Of a stretch of DNA of 64,000 nt, positions 11,150-21,137 are shown piece by piece. This DNA comes from an uncultured Acidobacteriota bacterium. GTDB lineage: Bacteria; Acidobacteriota; Thermoanaerobaculia; Multivoradales; UBA5704. The stretch's first letter is position 1; each line of letters begins with the position of its first letter. The stretch covers positions 4,032,001 through 4,096,000 of the forward strand of contig OY969474.1 in the NCBI GenBank assembly GCA_963700145.1. The letters are read 5' to 3'. Both the position numbers and the translations under genes were made by a program. Below the pieces are notes generated by a model. The model saw only the letters and a program-made list of their open reading frames with translations, did not search any database and was not told where the DNA came from.

Positions 11150-12454
11150 ATGGCAGACTCTTCAACGCTCTACGACCTCAAACGAATCCTCACATCGAGG
11201 GGAGCTCTCCTGTATCTTCTGGGTGTAGCCATAACTGCGGCTGTGGGGATTCAACTCTGCTCGCGGAATGTAGGTCTCTCGATTCACCACGCGCTCATCA
11301 CTCTTGAGATATTTGCCTATAGCTTGTTCATCGCTTGGTTACTGCTCACGCTGATTGAGTTGATTGAATCAAGAGACAGGGTTTTTGACATACTCTTTTT
11401 GACTATTCCTATTCTGTCAATCGGTGGCATGTTCCTTCAGATCCTAGCCAAATATCACAACGCTGCATTTTGGCTGACTCTCGTAATCTGGACGCTTCTT
11501 GGAACATTCGTGGCTGTCGAAGAGGTGCAAATGGTGGGTAAGTCAGATATTTTCCTCGTTGCCATAGGGGCAACGTGGTCTATTTCTGGGGCCATCATTT
11601 CAGCGGGAACAACTTCTCTTCTGCCTTACTCTCGTTCCGCAATAGGCGGGCTGCGGTCTGTCCACTTATTCCTCGACCTCCGGTATCTGCTCGGGTCAAT
11701 TTTTTTGGTTGCGCTTATCGCCATTGCCGGCGCAAGGGCCTTAAGGGAACGTCCTCCCGCAATTAATGATATCGAAGCATTGCAGGTCGGCGAGTTGGCC
11801 GAGGACAATGTCCTTGCATGGCTCGTTCGACCATTCACGACGTTGATCAATGTGCTACTCCTCTTGGTGTCAGTGGCTCTGGATTATCTTCTGAAGGCTG
11901 CTCGGATAACCGTATTCTATTTCGCGGCTATAGGTCGCCACATAGCCGAGATTGTGGTTTCTCTTGTAAAATCACGAGAAGCTTGGATCAAGATTGGAGA
12001 GTGCGTTGTTATCTTTTTATCAATTGTGCTCGCCACTGTCTTCCTTAGAAACTTCTGTCCCTTCCTCCTCGCGTATCTCCGCTCAAGCGCCTGGGGCGCT
12101 CAGACATTAAACCTGGCACTCATTGCTGGATTTGTAGCCCTGATTCTTCTCTGTGTGGGTCTTGCGCTGTTGATCTTTTCTGAATACGACGATGTTTTCA
12201 TTGAGCCTTTGGTGGCCTCTTTCGCTACGGTCGTATCCATCGTGTTTGCGGCAGGTCTACTTATCTACGCGCTCGCCTGGCTAGATGTTCTTGTCATCCA
12301 CGGGTTTCGTGTGCCGGGACCGTTTTCTATTCTAGTGATCGTTTTAATTTTGAGTGGCATCGCGAAAGTGATAGCTCAGTCCACCGGCGGGGTAACATCC
12401 AACACGGACGCTGGTCCGAATGCCAAGCGCGCCTTACGCGGCCGCCGCCAGTGA
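11150..12454 (+). CDS. Low-GC multi-pass membrane protein, probable gene cassette
   Basis: Roughly 10-11 hydrophobic segments and an abrupt GC drop; GTTAGAT at 11120 and ATCCAAC at 12397. Confidence 0.7.
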   Translation: MADSSTLYDLKRILTSRGALLYLLGVAITAAVGIQLCSRNVGLSIHHALITLEIFAYSLFIAWLLLTLIELIESRDRVFDILFLTIPILSIGGMFLQILAKYHNAAFWLTLVIWTLLGTFVAVEEVQMVGKSDIFLVAIGATWSISGAIISAGTTSLLPYSRSAIGGLRSVHLFLDLRYLLGSIFLVALIAIAGARALRERPPAINDIEALQVGELAEDNVLAWLVRPFTTLINVLLLLVSVALDYLLKAARITVFYFAAIGRHIAEIVVSLVKSREAWIKIGECVVIFLSIVLATVFLRNFCPFLLAYLRSSAWGAQTLNLALIAGFVALILLCVGLALLIFSEYDDVFIEPLVASFATVVSIVFAAGLLIYALAWLDVLVIHGFRVPGPFSILVIVLILSGIAKVIAQSTGGVTSNTDAGPNAKRALRGRRQ

Positions 12455-12471
12455 GGTTCAAACCGCTGGCT
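12397..12471 (+). mobile_element. Degenerate attC-like site
   Basis: R'' ATCCAAC ... GCCGCCAGTGAGGTTCAAACC-GCTGGCT, where the R' GTT appears mutated to GCT. Confidence 0.4.
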
Positions 12472-12607
12472 GCTGTTCCCCGCTCGGTCGCGCAACGAGA
12501 GGCAGGAAGCGAGCTGGATGGCGTCGCCGGAGCCGGCGCACGGCGTCTCTTCCGCGCTCGGCGACGTAGTTCTTGGCCAGCGCGCTGGCGTCGAGAAAGC
12601 CGATCAG
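12472..12607 (-). pseudogene. Truncated VapC/PIN toxin
   Basis: LIGFLDASALAKNYVAERGRDAVRRL matches a PIN N-terminus; similarity is then lost near the cassette boundary. Confidence 0.65.
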
Positions 12608-12903
12608 AAGCGGTCCTCCCGGTCCTCGATGATCGTCTCTGCGATCGATGGGCCGCTCTTCAGCTTGATGCGCTTGAACGGCCGCAGCGGCTTGCCGGTG
12701 CCACGGGTGATCAGCCCCTCCGCCGCGAGCTGGTCCAGCTTCTCGTCGAGGGTCTTCGGCGGCGGCGCCACGACGAGCCCCCGCAGCTCCGCCACCGGCC
12801 GGCCGCGCTCGGTGACCTCGATCGTGGCCCCTCGCTGCACCAGCCGCAGGTAGGTCCCCAGCCGCTTCCTCAGCTCCTTCGCTCCCACCCGCTTCGTCTT
12901 CAT
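12604..12903 (-). CDS. Phd/YefM-family antitoxin
   Basis: MKTKRVGAKELRKRLGTYLRLVQRGATIEVTERGRPVAEL. Confidence 0.88.
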   Translation of the reverse strand: MKTKRVGAKELRKRLGTYLRLVQRGATIEVTERGRPVAELRGLVVAPPPKTLDEKLDQLAAEGLITRGTGKPLRPFKRIKLKSGPSIAETIIEDREDRF

Positions 12904-13014
12904 GCCGGCCAGTGTCGCCACCCGTCGTTCTCCTGTCAACCTGCGCGCTTCGCGCCCCACAGATGAATAGACGGAATTCGTCCGCCCAGCTTTGCACCGG
13001 CTAGACTGGCGCTC

Positions 13015-14477
<1,463 letters not shown>

Positions 14478-14481
<4 letters not shown>

Positions 14482-15620
14482 GGATCGTCGTCGCCGGCGG
14501 CGGCCCGGCCGGGCTCTACTTCGCCCTCCTGATGAAGCGGCGCGACCCGCGCCACGAAGTCACGGTCCTCGAGCGCAACGCGCGCGACACGACGTTCGGC
14601 TGGGGGGTCGTCTTCTCCGAGCAGACGCTCTCCTACTTGGCCGAGCCCGACCCGCAGACCTTCCGCGAGCTGGACGGCCGGCTCGCCCGCTGGGAGAACG
14701 TCGACATCGTCCACCGCGGCGAGAAGGTGACGATCCGCGGCAACCGCTTCTCGGGGATCGCGCGGCTGGAGCTCCTCGGCGTCCTCCAGCGCCGCTGCGA
14801 AGAGCTGGGCGTGGACCTCCGCTTCGAGCGGCCGCTCGCCCCCGGCGAGGAGCCGCCGCCCGCCGACCTCCTGGTTGGCGCCGACGGCGTGCGCAGCGTC
14901 GTCCGCGAGCGCGCCGGCGACGCCTTCGGCCCGCGCTTCGACGAGCGCCGCAACCGCTACATCTGGCTCGGCACGCCGCGCCTCTTCCACGGCCTCACCC
15001 TGACCTTCCGCGCCAACGACGACGGCCTCTTCATCGCCCACTCCTACAAGTACGGCCCCGACCGCAGCACCTTCATCGTCGAGTGCGACCCCGAGAGCTT
15101 CGCGCGATCGGAGCTCGGCGAGCGCAGCGAGGAGGAGGGCCTGCGCTACCTCGAGCGGGTCTTCGCCGACGACCTCGCCGGCGCGCCGCTCCTCTCGAAC
15201 GCCTCGCGCTGGCTCCAGTTCGCCACCCTGCGCTGCCGGCGCTGGAGCCACGGCAACACCGTGCTCCTGGGCGACGCGCTCCACACCGCGCACTTCTCGA
15301 TCGGCTCGGGGACGAAGCTCGCCCTGGAGGACGCGATCGCCCTGGCGCGGGCGCTCGACGAGCACGCCGACCTGCCCGACGCCCTCGCCGCCTTCGAGGC
15401 CGCCCGCCGGCCCATCGTCGAGCGCTACCAGGAGGCCGCCGAAGCCAGCGCCGCCTGGTTCGAAGCCGCGGCGGCCGACCTCCACCTCGCCCCCCTCCCC
15501 TTCGCCTACCGCGCCATGGTGCGCAGCGAGCGGGTAGGGCACGAGAACCTGCGCCGGCGCGACCCGGAGTTCGTGGCGGCCTACGAGGCGACGGCGGCGG
15601 CCGGTAAGGCCGCCTCCTGA
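14478..15620 (+). CDS. FAD-dependent monooxygenase, like the N-terminal domain of 2-aminobenzoyl-CoA monooxygenase / salicylyl-CoA 5-hydroxylase
   Basis: TTG start overlapping the upstream TGA; GGGPAGLY, DTTFGWGVVFS, GADG and GDALHTAHFSIGSGTKLALED motifs. Confidence 0.9.
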
Positions 15621-15667
15621 TCCGCCGGCAAGGCCGGTTCCTGATCGGCCGCCGCCGCCACGCGGCG

Positions 15668-16117
15668 CTAGTCGTGGTCCCGCCCGTGGCGCTTGCCGCG
15701 GAACGACTCCCGCTTCTCCTTGAGCGCCTCGTACTTGGCGAGCTGCTCGGGGGTCAGCAGGGCCGCGAAGTCCTTCTCGAGCTCCTCGCGGGCGGCGCGC
15801 ATGGCTTGCCGCTTCTGGTGGGCGGTGATGACCAGGTTGCCGACCGTGGCGGCGTCGGCGCCCTGCTCGAGGGCGGTCTCGACCTGCTCGTGCAGCGCGC
15901 GCTGCTCCTCGTGGAGCGGCTTCATGGTCGCGCGGAGCTGCTCGTGGAGCTGCTTCGCCGCGGCTTGCTGGGACTCGCTCAGCCCGAGCTCCTGGGTCAG
16001 GCGCTCGGCGCGGTGCCCGCGGCGCTCGTCGCGGTCGTGTCGGAAGGGACCCGGCTGCGCCCCGGCTGCGGCGGCCAGCAGCAGGGCGGCGGCGATCAAG
16101 GGGAAGGTGCGCTTCAT
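15668..16117 (-). CDS. Spy/CpxP-like periplasmic protein
   Basis: Signal peptide plus LGLSESQQ and LLTPEQ motifs. Confidence 0.85.
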   Translation of the reverse strand: MKRTFPLIAAALLLAAAAGAQPGPFRHDRDERRGHRAERLTQELGLSESQQAAAKQLHEQLRATMKPLHEEQRALHEQVETALEQGADAATVGNLVITAHQKRQAMRAAREELEKDFAALLTPEQLAKYEALKEKRESFRGKRHGRDHD

Positions 16118-16216
16118 GGTGGTGTCTCCTTTGGCCGCCCAATCTAGCCGCGGCTCAGGCGGCGGTCTTCAAGCCGGGGCAAGGCCTCTGTAAAGGATGT
16201 AAACCCCGACCCGCGC

Positions 16217-16927
16217 TCAACCTGCGAACTTGTAGCCGAGGCGGTGGACCGTGACGATGTGCTGCGGCCGCGAGGGGTTGGGCTCGACTTTCTGCCGCAG
16301 CGAGGCGACGTGGACGTCCACGGTGCGGGTCTGCGCCGCGGCGTCGTAGCCCCAGACGCGGTCGAGCAGCTCCTCGCGCGAGAGCACCTCGCCGCGGTTC
16401 TCGACGAAGTAGCGCAGCAGCTTGTACTCGAGCGCCGAGAGCGCGAGGGCCTGGCCGCCGCGACTCACCTCGGCGCGGCGGAAGTCCACCTGCACGTCGC
16501 CGAAGGCGTAGGCGCCCACCGAGGGGGCGATCGGCGTGCGCGCCCGGCGCAGCAGCGCCTCGACGCGGGCCAGCAGCTCCAGCATCTCGAACGGCTTCGT
16601 CAGGTAGTCGTCGGCGCCGAGCTTGAGGCCCACGACCCGATCGACGACCTGCGCCCGCGCCGTGAGCATGAGGACCGGCACCTGCAGGCCGCGCTGCCGC
16701 AGGTCGCGGCAGACGTCGAAGCCGTTGCGGCCGGGGAGCATGACGTCGAGGATGACGAGGTCGAAGGCGCCGGCGGCGGCGCGCGCCAGCGCCTCCTCGC
16801 CGTCGCCGGAGGTCTCCACCCGGTAGCCCTCGGCCTCCAGCCGGTCGGTCAGGGTGACGACCAGGCTCGGCTCGTCCTCGACCAGGAGGATGCGCGGCGC
16901 CGGCGCGCCGTTCGGCGCCTCGCTCAT
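16217..16927 (-). CDS. OmpR-family response regulator
   Basis: LLVED, LDVMLP, GADDYLTKPF and TRTVDVHV motifs. Confidence 0.97.
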   Translation of the reverse strand: MSEAPNGAPAPRILLVEDEPSLVVTLTDRLEAEGYRVETSGDGEEALARAAAGAFDLVILDVMLPGRNGFDVCRDLRQRGLQVPVLMLTARAQVVDRVVGLKLGADDYLTKPFEMLELLARVEALLRRARTPIAPSVGAYAFGDVQVDFRRAEVSRGGQALALSALEYKLLRYFVENRGEVLSREELLDRVWGYDAAAQTRTVDVHVASLRQKVEPNPSRPQHIVTVHRLGYKFAG

Positions 16928-18612
16928 GCGTGGACCGGTAGGCGGAGGGCGAAGGCGCTCCCCCGTCCCGCCGCCCCCGGCGCGACGCTCACCCGCCCGC
17001 CCTGCGCCTCGACGACCTGGCGGACGAGGCTCAGCCCGAGCCCGCTGCCGGGCACCGGCCCGGCGGCGGCGGGGCCGCGGAAGAAGGGCTCGAAGAGGTG
17101 CGGCCGGTCCTCCGGCCGGATGCCGGGGCCGCGGTCCTCGACGGTCAGCGTCACCCAGGGGCCGGCGGCGCGCGCCCGCAGGCCGAGCCAGCGGCCGGCG
17201 GCGGCGTGCTTGACCGCGTTGTCCACCAGGTTCTGCACCGCCATCTGCAGGGCGCCGCGGTCGGCCCGCACCGGCGGCAGGTCGGCCGGCACGTCCTCCT
17301 CGACCGCAAAGCCCCCCTCCTGGAGCGCCCAGCGGCTGGCGTCGAGAGCCTCGCCGACCACCTCGGCGAGCGCCACCGGCTCGGGGCGGTAGACCCGGCT
17401 CCCCGACTGGATGCCGGCCAGCTCCAGCGCTTTGGCGACGAGCGCCGAGAGGCGGCTCCCCTCGCGCTCGATGAGCGTGCCGTAGCGCCGCACCTGCTCG
17501 GGGGCGGCGACGACGCCGTCGGCCAGGTTCTGCGCCGCCGAGCGGATGGCCGCGAGCGGCGTGTTGAGGTCGTGGGTGACGCCGGCCACCAGCTCCATCT
17601 GCTGCCGCGCCAGGCGCCGCGCCCGCTGCGCCGCGAAGGCCATCACCGCGAGGCTCCCGGCGAGGAGGAGGAGCACCGCCCCGCTCAGCGCCAGGTTGCG
17701 GCGCCGCGCGCGGGCGACCGCCGCCTCCAGCGACCCGGCGCGGTGGGTGACCACCACCCGCCAGGGGCTGTCGCCGCGGCCCTCGCCACGTACGGGCGGC
17801 GCGGCGAAGCGCCCCGGCGGCGGCCGGTGGTGCGGCCAGCGCGCGGCGAGCAGCGGCGCCGACACCTCGCCCGGCAGGTAGCGGGAGGCGGGGAGAGAGG
17901 GGTCGGAGAGGTAGAGCGGCCGGCCGCCCTCCGTCACCGCCACGAGGACGTCCTTGCCGGCCGGTCCGCCGAACCAGGCCGCGACCAGCTCGGGGAGGAG
18001 CGTGCGGGTCAAGTGCTCGCGGTCGAGGCGCACGATGACCACGCCGCGTTCGTCGTCGTCCCGCCGGCCGCGCTCCGGCCAGGCGAGGGGGAGGAGGACC
18101 GCCGGCGCCTCCGCCTCGATCCCCCAGGCGCGCGGCGAGCGTCGTCGCCGCGCCGCCGGGCGCTCTTCGAGCAACCGTTCGCGGACCCGCCGCAGCTCCG
18201 CCGGCCAGGGTGCCGACGCGAGCCGCCCTGCGGCCTCGTCGAGCCGTTCCAGCGCCGGGCCTCCGTCCTCCCGCGGCCGGACGACGAAGAGGTCGCGGAC
18301 CAGCTCGGGGTGCGGCGCTGTCGCCCGCCAGCTCCGGAGCTGGCGGAGGAGGCGCTCCCCGGGATCGCCCGCCGCCTCGCCGCTCCCGCGCGGCGCCGGC
18401 TCGAAGGTGTGGACGACGCGGCCGACCTCGCGGTCCACCTCGGCCGCCAGCCGCTCGGCCGCGGCCTGCAGGCCGGCGCGCATCCGTTGCCGCTCCGCCT
18501 GGCTGACCTCGGCGATCCAGCGGTACTGGAGGACGGCGAGGACGACGAGCAGGACGGCGAGGAGGACCGCCGCGGCCGGCGCCAGGCGTTGCGGATCGAG
18601 CCAGCGGCGCAT
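16924..18612 (-). CDS. Sensor histidine kinase
   Basis: Two TM helices; THDLNTPL H-box, NLVDNAVKH, DRGPGI and GSGLGL. Confidence 0.95.
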   Translation of the reverse strand: MRRWLDPQRLAPAAAVLLAVLLVVLAVLQYRWIAEVSQAERQRMRAGLQAAAERLAAEVDREVGRVVHTFEPAPRGSGEAAGDPGERLLRQLRSWRATAPHPELVRDLFVVRPREDGGPALERLDEAAGRLASAPWPAELRRVRERLLEERPAARRRRSPRAWGIEAEAPAVLLPLAWPERGRRDDDERGVVIVRLDREHLTRTLLPELVAAWFGGPAGKDVLVAVTEGGRPLYLSDPSLPASRYLPGEVSAPLLAARWPHHRPPPGRFAAPPVRGEGRGDSPWRVVVTHRAGSLEAAVARARRRNLALSGAVLLLLAGSLAVMAFAAQRARRLARQQMELVAGVTHDLNTPLAAIRSAAQNLADGVVAAPEQVRRYGTLIEREGSRLSALVAKALELAGIQSGSRVYRPEPVALAEVVGEALDASRWALQEGGFAVEEDVPADLPPVRADRGALQMAVQNLVDNAVKHAAAGRWLGLRARAAGPWVTLTVEDRGPGIRPEDRPHLFEPFFRGPAAAGPVPGSGLGLSLVRQVVEAQGGRVSVAPGAAGRGSAFALRLPVHA

Positions 18613-18673
18613 GCGCGGAGCATAGATGCTGCGCGCGGCGGTGCCGGGGCCGCGGGCTCAGTTCTTACATCCC

Positions 18674-19099
18674 TTACAAAGTGGCGTCGAGCACGAGCGC
18701 GAAGCGCTTGCCTTTTGTCGAGCGGTAGACCTTGAAGCCGCGGCGGTCGAGCGTCAGCACGTCGAAGACCTCGAGACGCTCAGCCAAGAGGACCAGCGTG
18801 GCGTCGGGATAGTCCATCGGCAGGTCTGCGTACTTCTCCATGCGCCGAGCGGCATCGGCTAGGTCCTCCGCGCCGCTGAAGTCCACGACCTGCAGCTCGC
18901 TGCCGGCGACGAACTCGGCCAGCAGGCCGGGTCCGCGGCGGACCTGAGCGAGAAAGTACATCGACTCGGTGATGACGGCGCTGGTAGTGATCAGCCGTCC
19001 GGTGTACGCGTCGAGCTTGTCCGCAACCCGCTCGTGATCGGGGTCGCGTGGATTGAGGTAGGCGACGAGAGGCCCGGTGTCGAGCAGCCAGACTCTCAA
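18674..19099 (-). CDS. vapC: PIN-domain toxin
   Basis: LLDTGPLVA, VITE, DLPMDYPDATL and TLDRRGF motifs. Confidence 0.88.
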   Translation of the reverse strand: MRVWLLDTGPLVAYLNPRDPDHERVADKLDAYTGRLITTSAVITESMYFLAQVRRGPGLLAEFVAGSELQVVDFSGAEDLADAARRMEKYADLPMDYPDATLVLLAERLEVFDVLTLDRRGFKVYRSTKGKRFALVLDATL

Positions 19100-19329
19100 G
19101 GCCGCCAGTTGCGCTTGCGGATCTGCTTTCGCCAGGGGTCGGAGGTGTCGGGGGGGAGCTCGAGCTGTCCGCGCAGGTGCCCGATGCGCGTACCCAAGGG
19201 CCGCTCGGACACCGCGGCCCGCAGGATGTCGCGCGCCACCTCGGAGACGCTCTTGCCCTGCATGGCTGCTCGCTCCTCGAGCGCCTCACGGAGCTCCTCG
19301 TCGGTGCGGATGGTCAGCGTCGTACGCAT
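19096..19329 (-). CDS. RHH antitoxin
   Basis: MRTTLTIRTDEELREALEERAAMQGKSVSEVARDIL; coupled to the PIN gene. Confidence 0.85.
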   Translation of the reverse strand: MRTTLTIRTDEELREALEERAAMQGKSVSEVARDILRAAVSERPLGTRIGHLRGQLELPPDTSDPWRKQIRKRNWRP

Positions 19330-19348
19330 GACGACAGTGTACGACAGG

Positions 19349-21037
19349 TCAAGGCACGGCGGTCGGCGAGCGGCGCCGCAGCACCCGCCCGGGGAGCGCC
19401 GCGGTCATCGCCCCGTCGCGCAGGACCGGCGCGCCGTTGACGACGACGTGGCGGACCCCTTCCGAGAAGTGGTGCGGGTCCTCGAAGGTCGCGACGTCGC
19501 GGATGCCCGCCGGGTCGAAGACCACGAGGTCGGCCTTCATCCCCGGCCGCACCACGCCGCGGTCCCAGAGCTTCAAGCGCGAGGCGGCCTGCGAGGTGAC
19601 CCGCCGCACCGCCTCCTCCAGCGTCATCAGCCCCTCGTCGCGGGCGTAGCGGCCGAGGAGGCGCGGGAAGGTGCCGTAGGCGCGCGGGTGGGCGGGCTCC
19701 TGGCGCGCCGCGCCGACGACGGCGCTGGAGTCGGCGCCGAGCGACACCCAGGGCCGGCGCAGCGCGGTGCGCAGGTCGTCCTCGTGCATCGAGAAGTAGA
19801 TCGCTCCCGGCGAGTGCGGGCTCGCCTCGTAGAGCCGGAGGAGCGCCTCGACCGGCTCGACGCCCATCGCCGCCGCCACCTCCGGCAGCCGCCGCCCGCG
19901 GTGCGCCGCCAGCTCCGGCGCCGGGACGCTGGTCACCAGCACCCCCTCGGCACCGCCGACCCGGAGGTAGAAGTTGGAGGTCGGGATCTCGGCCGCGATC
20001 CGCGCGCGCTGCGCCGGGTCGGCCAGCCGCTCGCGGAAGACCTTGTAGCCGCCCTCGAGCGCCCACACCGGCACCAGCGCCGAGAGGCTGGTCGCCGAGG
20101 CGGTGTAGGGGTAGACGTTGGCGGCGACGTCGAGCCCCGCGCGCCGCGCCGCCTCGATCTTCTCGACCACCTCCGGCATCCGCCCCCAGTTCTGCTTGCC
20201 GCTCACCTTGAGGTGCCAGACGTTGACCGGGATCGCCGCCTCGCGGCCGATGCGGAACGCCTCGTCCAGCGCCTCGCCGATCCTGTCCGCCTCGTCGCGC
20301 AGGTGGGTGAAGTAGACGCCGCCGTGCCGCGCCGCGACCCGCGCCAGGCGGACGATCTCCTCGGTCTCGGCGAAGACCGCCGGCACGTAGATGAGCGAGG
20401 TCGAAAGGCCCACCGCGCCGTCGTCCATCGCCTGCTCGACGATCGCCTCCATCGCCGCCATCTCCTCGGGCGTCGGGTCGCGGTCGTCCAGCCCGAGCAC
20501 CATCGAGCGCGGGTTCGAGGCGCCGACGAAGAAGGCGAAGTTGAGGGCCGTGCCGCGCCGCTCGAGGAGCCGCATGAAGTCGCCGAGGGTGCGCCAGGTG
20601 AGGCCGTCGGGGCGGGTGGCGGCCTGCTCGGCGGCCTGGGCCTCCGTGATCGGGCCGGGGGAGAAGCCCTCGCCGGTCGCCTCGGTCGTCACCCCCTGCC
20701 GGACCTTGCCTTCGAGGTGGGGATCGACGAGCGCCGCCTGGTGCGACCAGCCGAGGAGGTCGATGAAGCCGGGGGCGACGGCCTGCCCGGCGGCGTCGAG
20801 GGTGACTGCGGCGGGCACACCGGCGAGGTCGCCGACCGCGACGATCGTGTCGCCGCGCACGCCGACGTCGGCGCGGAACCAGGGGGCGCCGGTGCCGTCG
20901 ACCACCCGGCCGCCCGCGATCTTGAGGTCGAGCTTGACCTCGAGTGGCGGCGCCCCCCGCCGCGGCGCCGTGGCGCACGCGGCGAGGAGCGCGAGGCAGA
21001 AAATGAGGAGGCGCCGCACCTCCAGTAGAACTGTCAT
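19349..21037 (-). CDS. D-aminoacylase-family amidohydrolase, probable lipoprotein
   Basis: VVDGTG, APGFID, HLRDE, HPRAYGTFPR and ADLVVFD motifs; LLAAC lipobox; start uncertain. Confidence 0.88.
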   Translation of the reverse strand: MTVLLEVRRLLIFCLALLAACATAPRRGAPPLEVKLDLKIAGGRVVDGTGAPWFRADVGVRGDTIVAVGDLAGVPAAVTLDAAGQAVAPGFIDLLGWSHQAALVDPHLEGKVRQGVTTEATGEGFSPGPITEAQAAEQAATRPDGLTWRTLGDFMRLLERRGTALNFAFFVGASNPRSMVLGLDDRDPTPEEMAAMEAIVEQAMDDGAVGLSTSLIYVPAVFAETEEIVRLARVAARHGGVYFTHLRDEADRIGEALDEAFRIGREAAIPVNVWHLKVSGKQNWGRMPEVVEKIEAARRAGLDVAANVYPYTASATSLSALVPVWALEGGYKVFRERLADPAQRARIAAEIPTSNFYLRVGGAEGVLVTSVPAPELAAHRGRRLPEVAAAMGVEPVEALLRLYEASPHSPGAIYFSMHEDDLRTALRRPWVSLGADSSAVVGAARQEPAHPRAYGTFPRLLGRYARDEGLMTLEEAVRRVTSQAASRLKLWDRGVVRPGMKADLVVFDPAGIRDVATFEDPHHFSEGVRHVVVNGAPVLRDGAMTAALPGRVLRRRSPTAVP

Positions 21038-21114
21038 CCCGAGCGCAGCGAGGGATCTGGGCGGGGGCGTGCCGGCCCCAACCCCCAGATTCCTCGCTCA
21101 CGCTCGGAATGACA
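21032..21114. repeat. REP-like element, full inverted pair
   Basis: TGTCATCCCGAGCGCAGCGAGGGATCTGG...CCAGATTCCTCGCTCACGCTCGGAATGACA. Confidence 0.9.
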
Positions 21115-21137
21115 AAACATCTTTTACCCGCCTTCTC

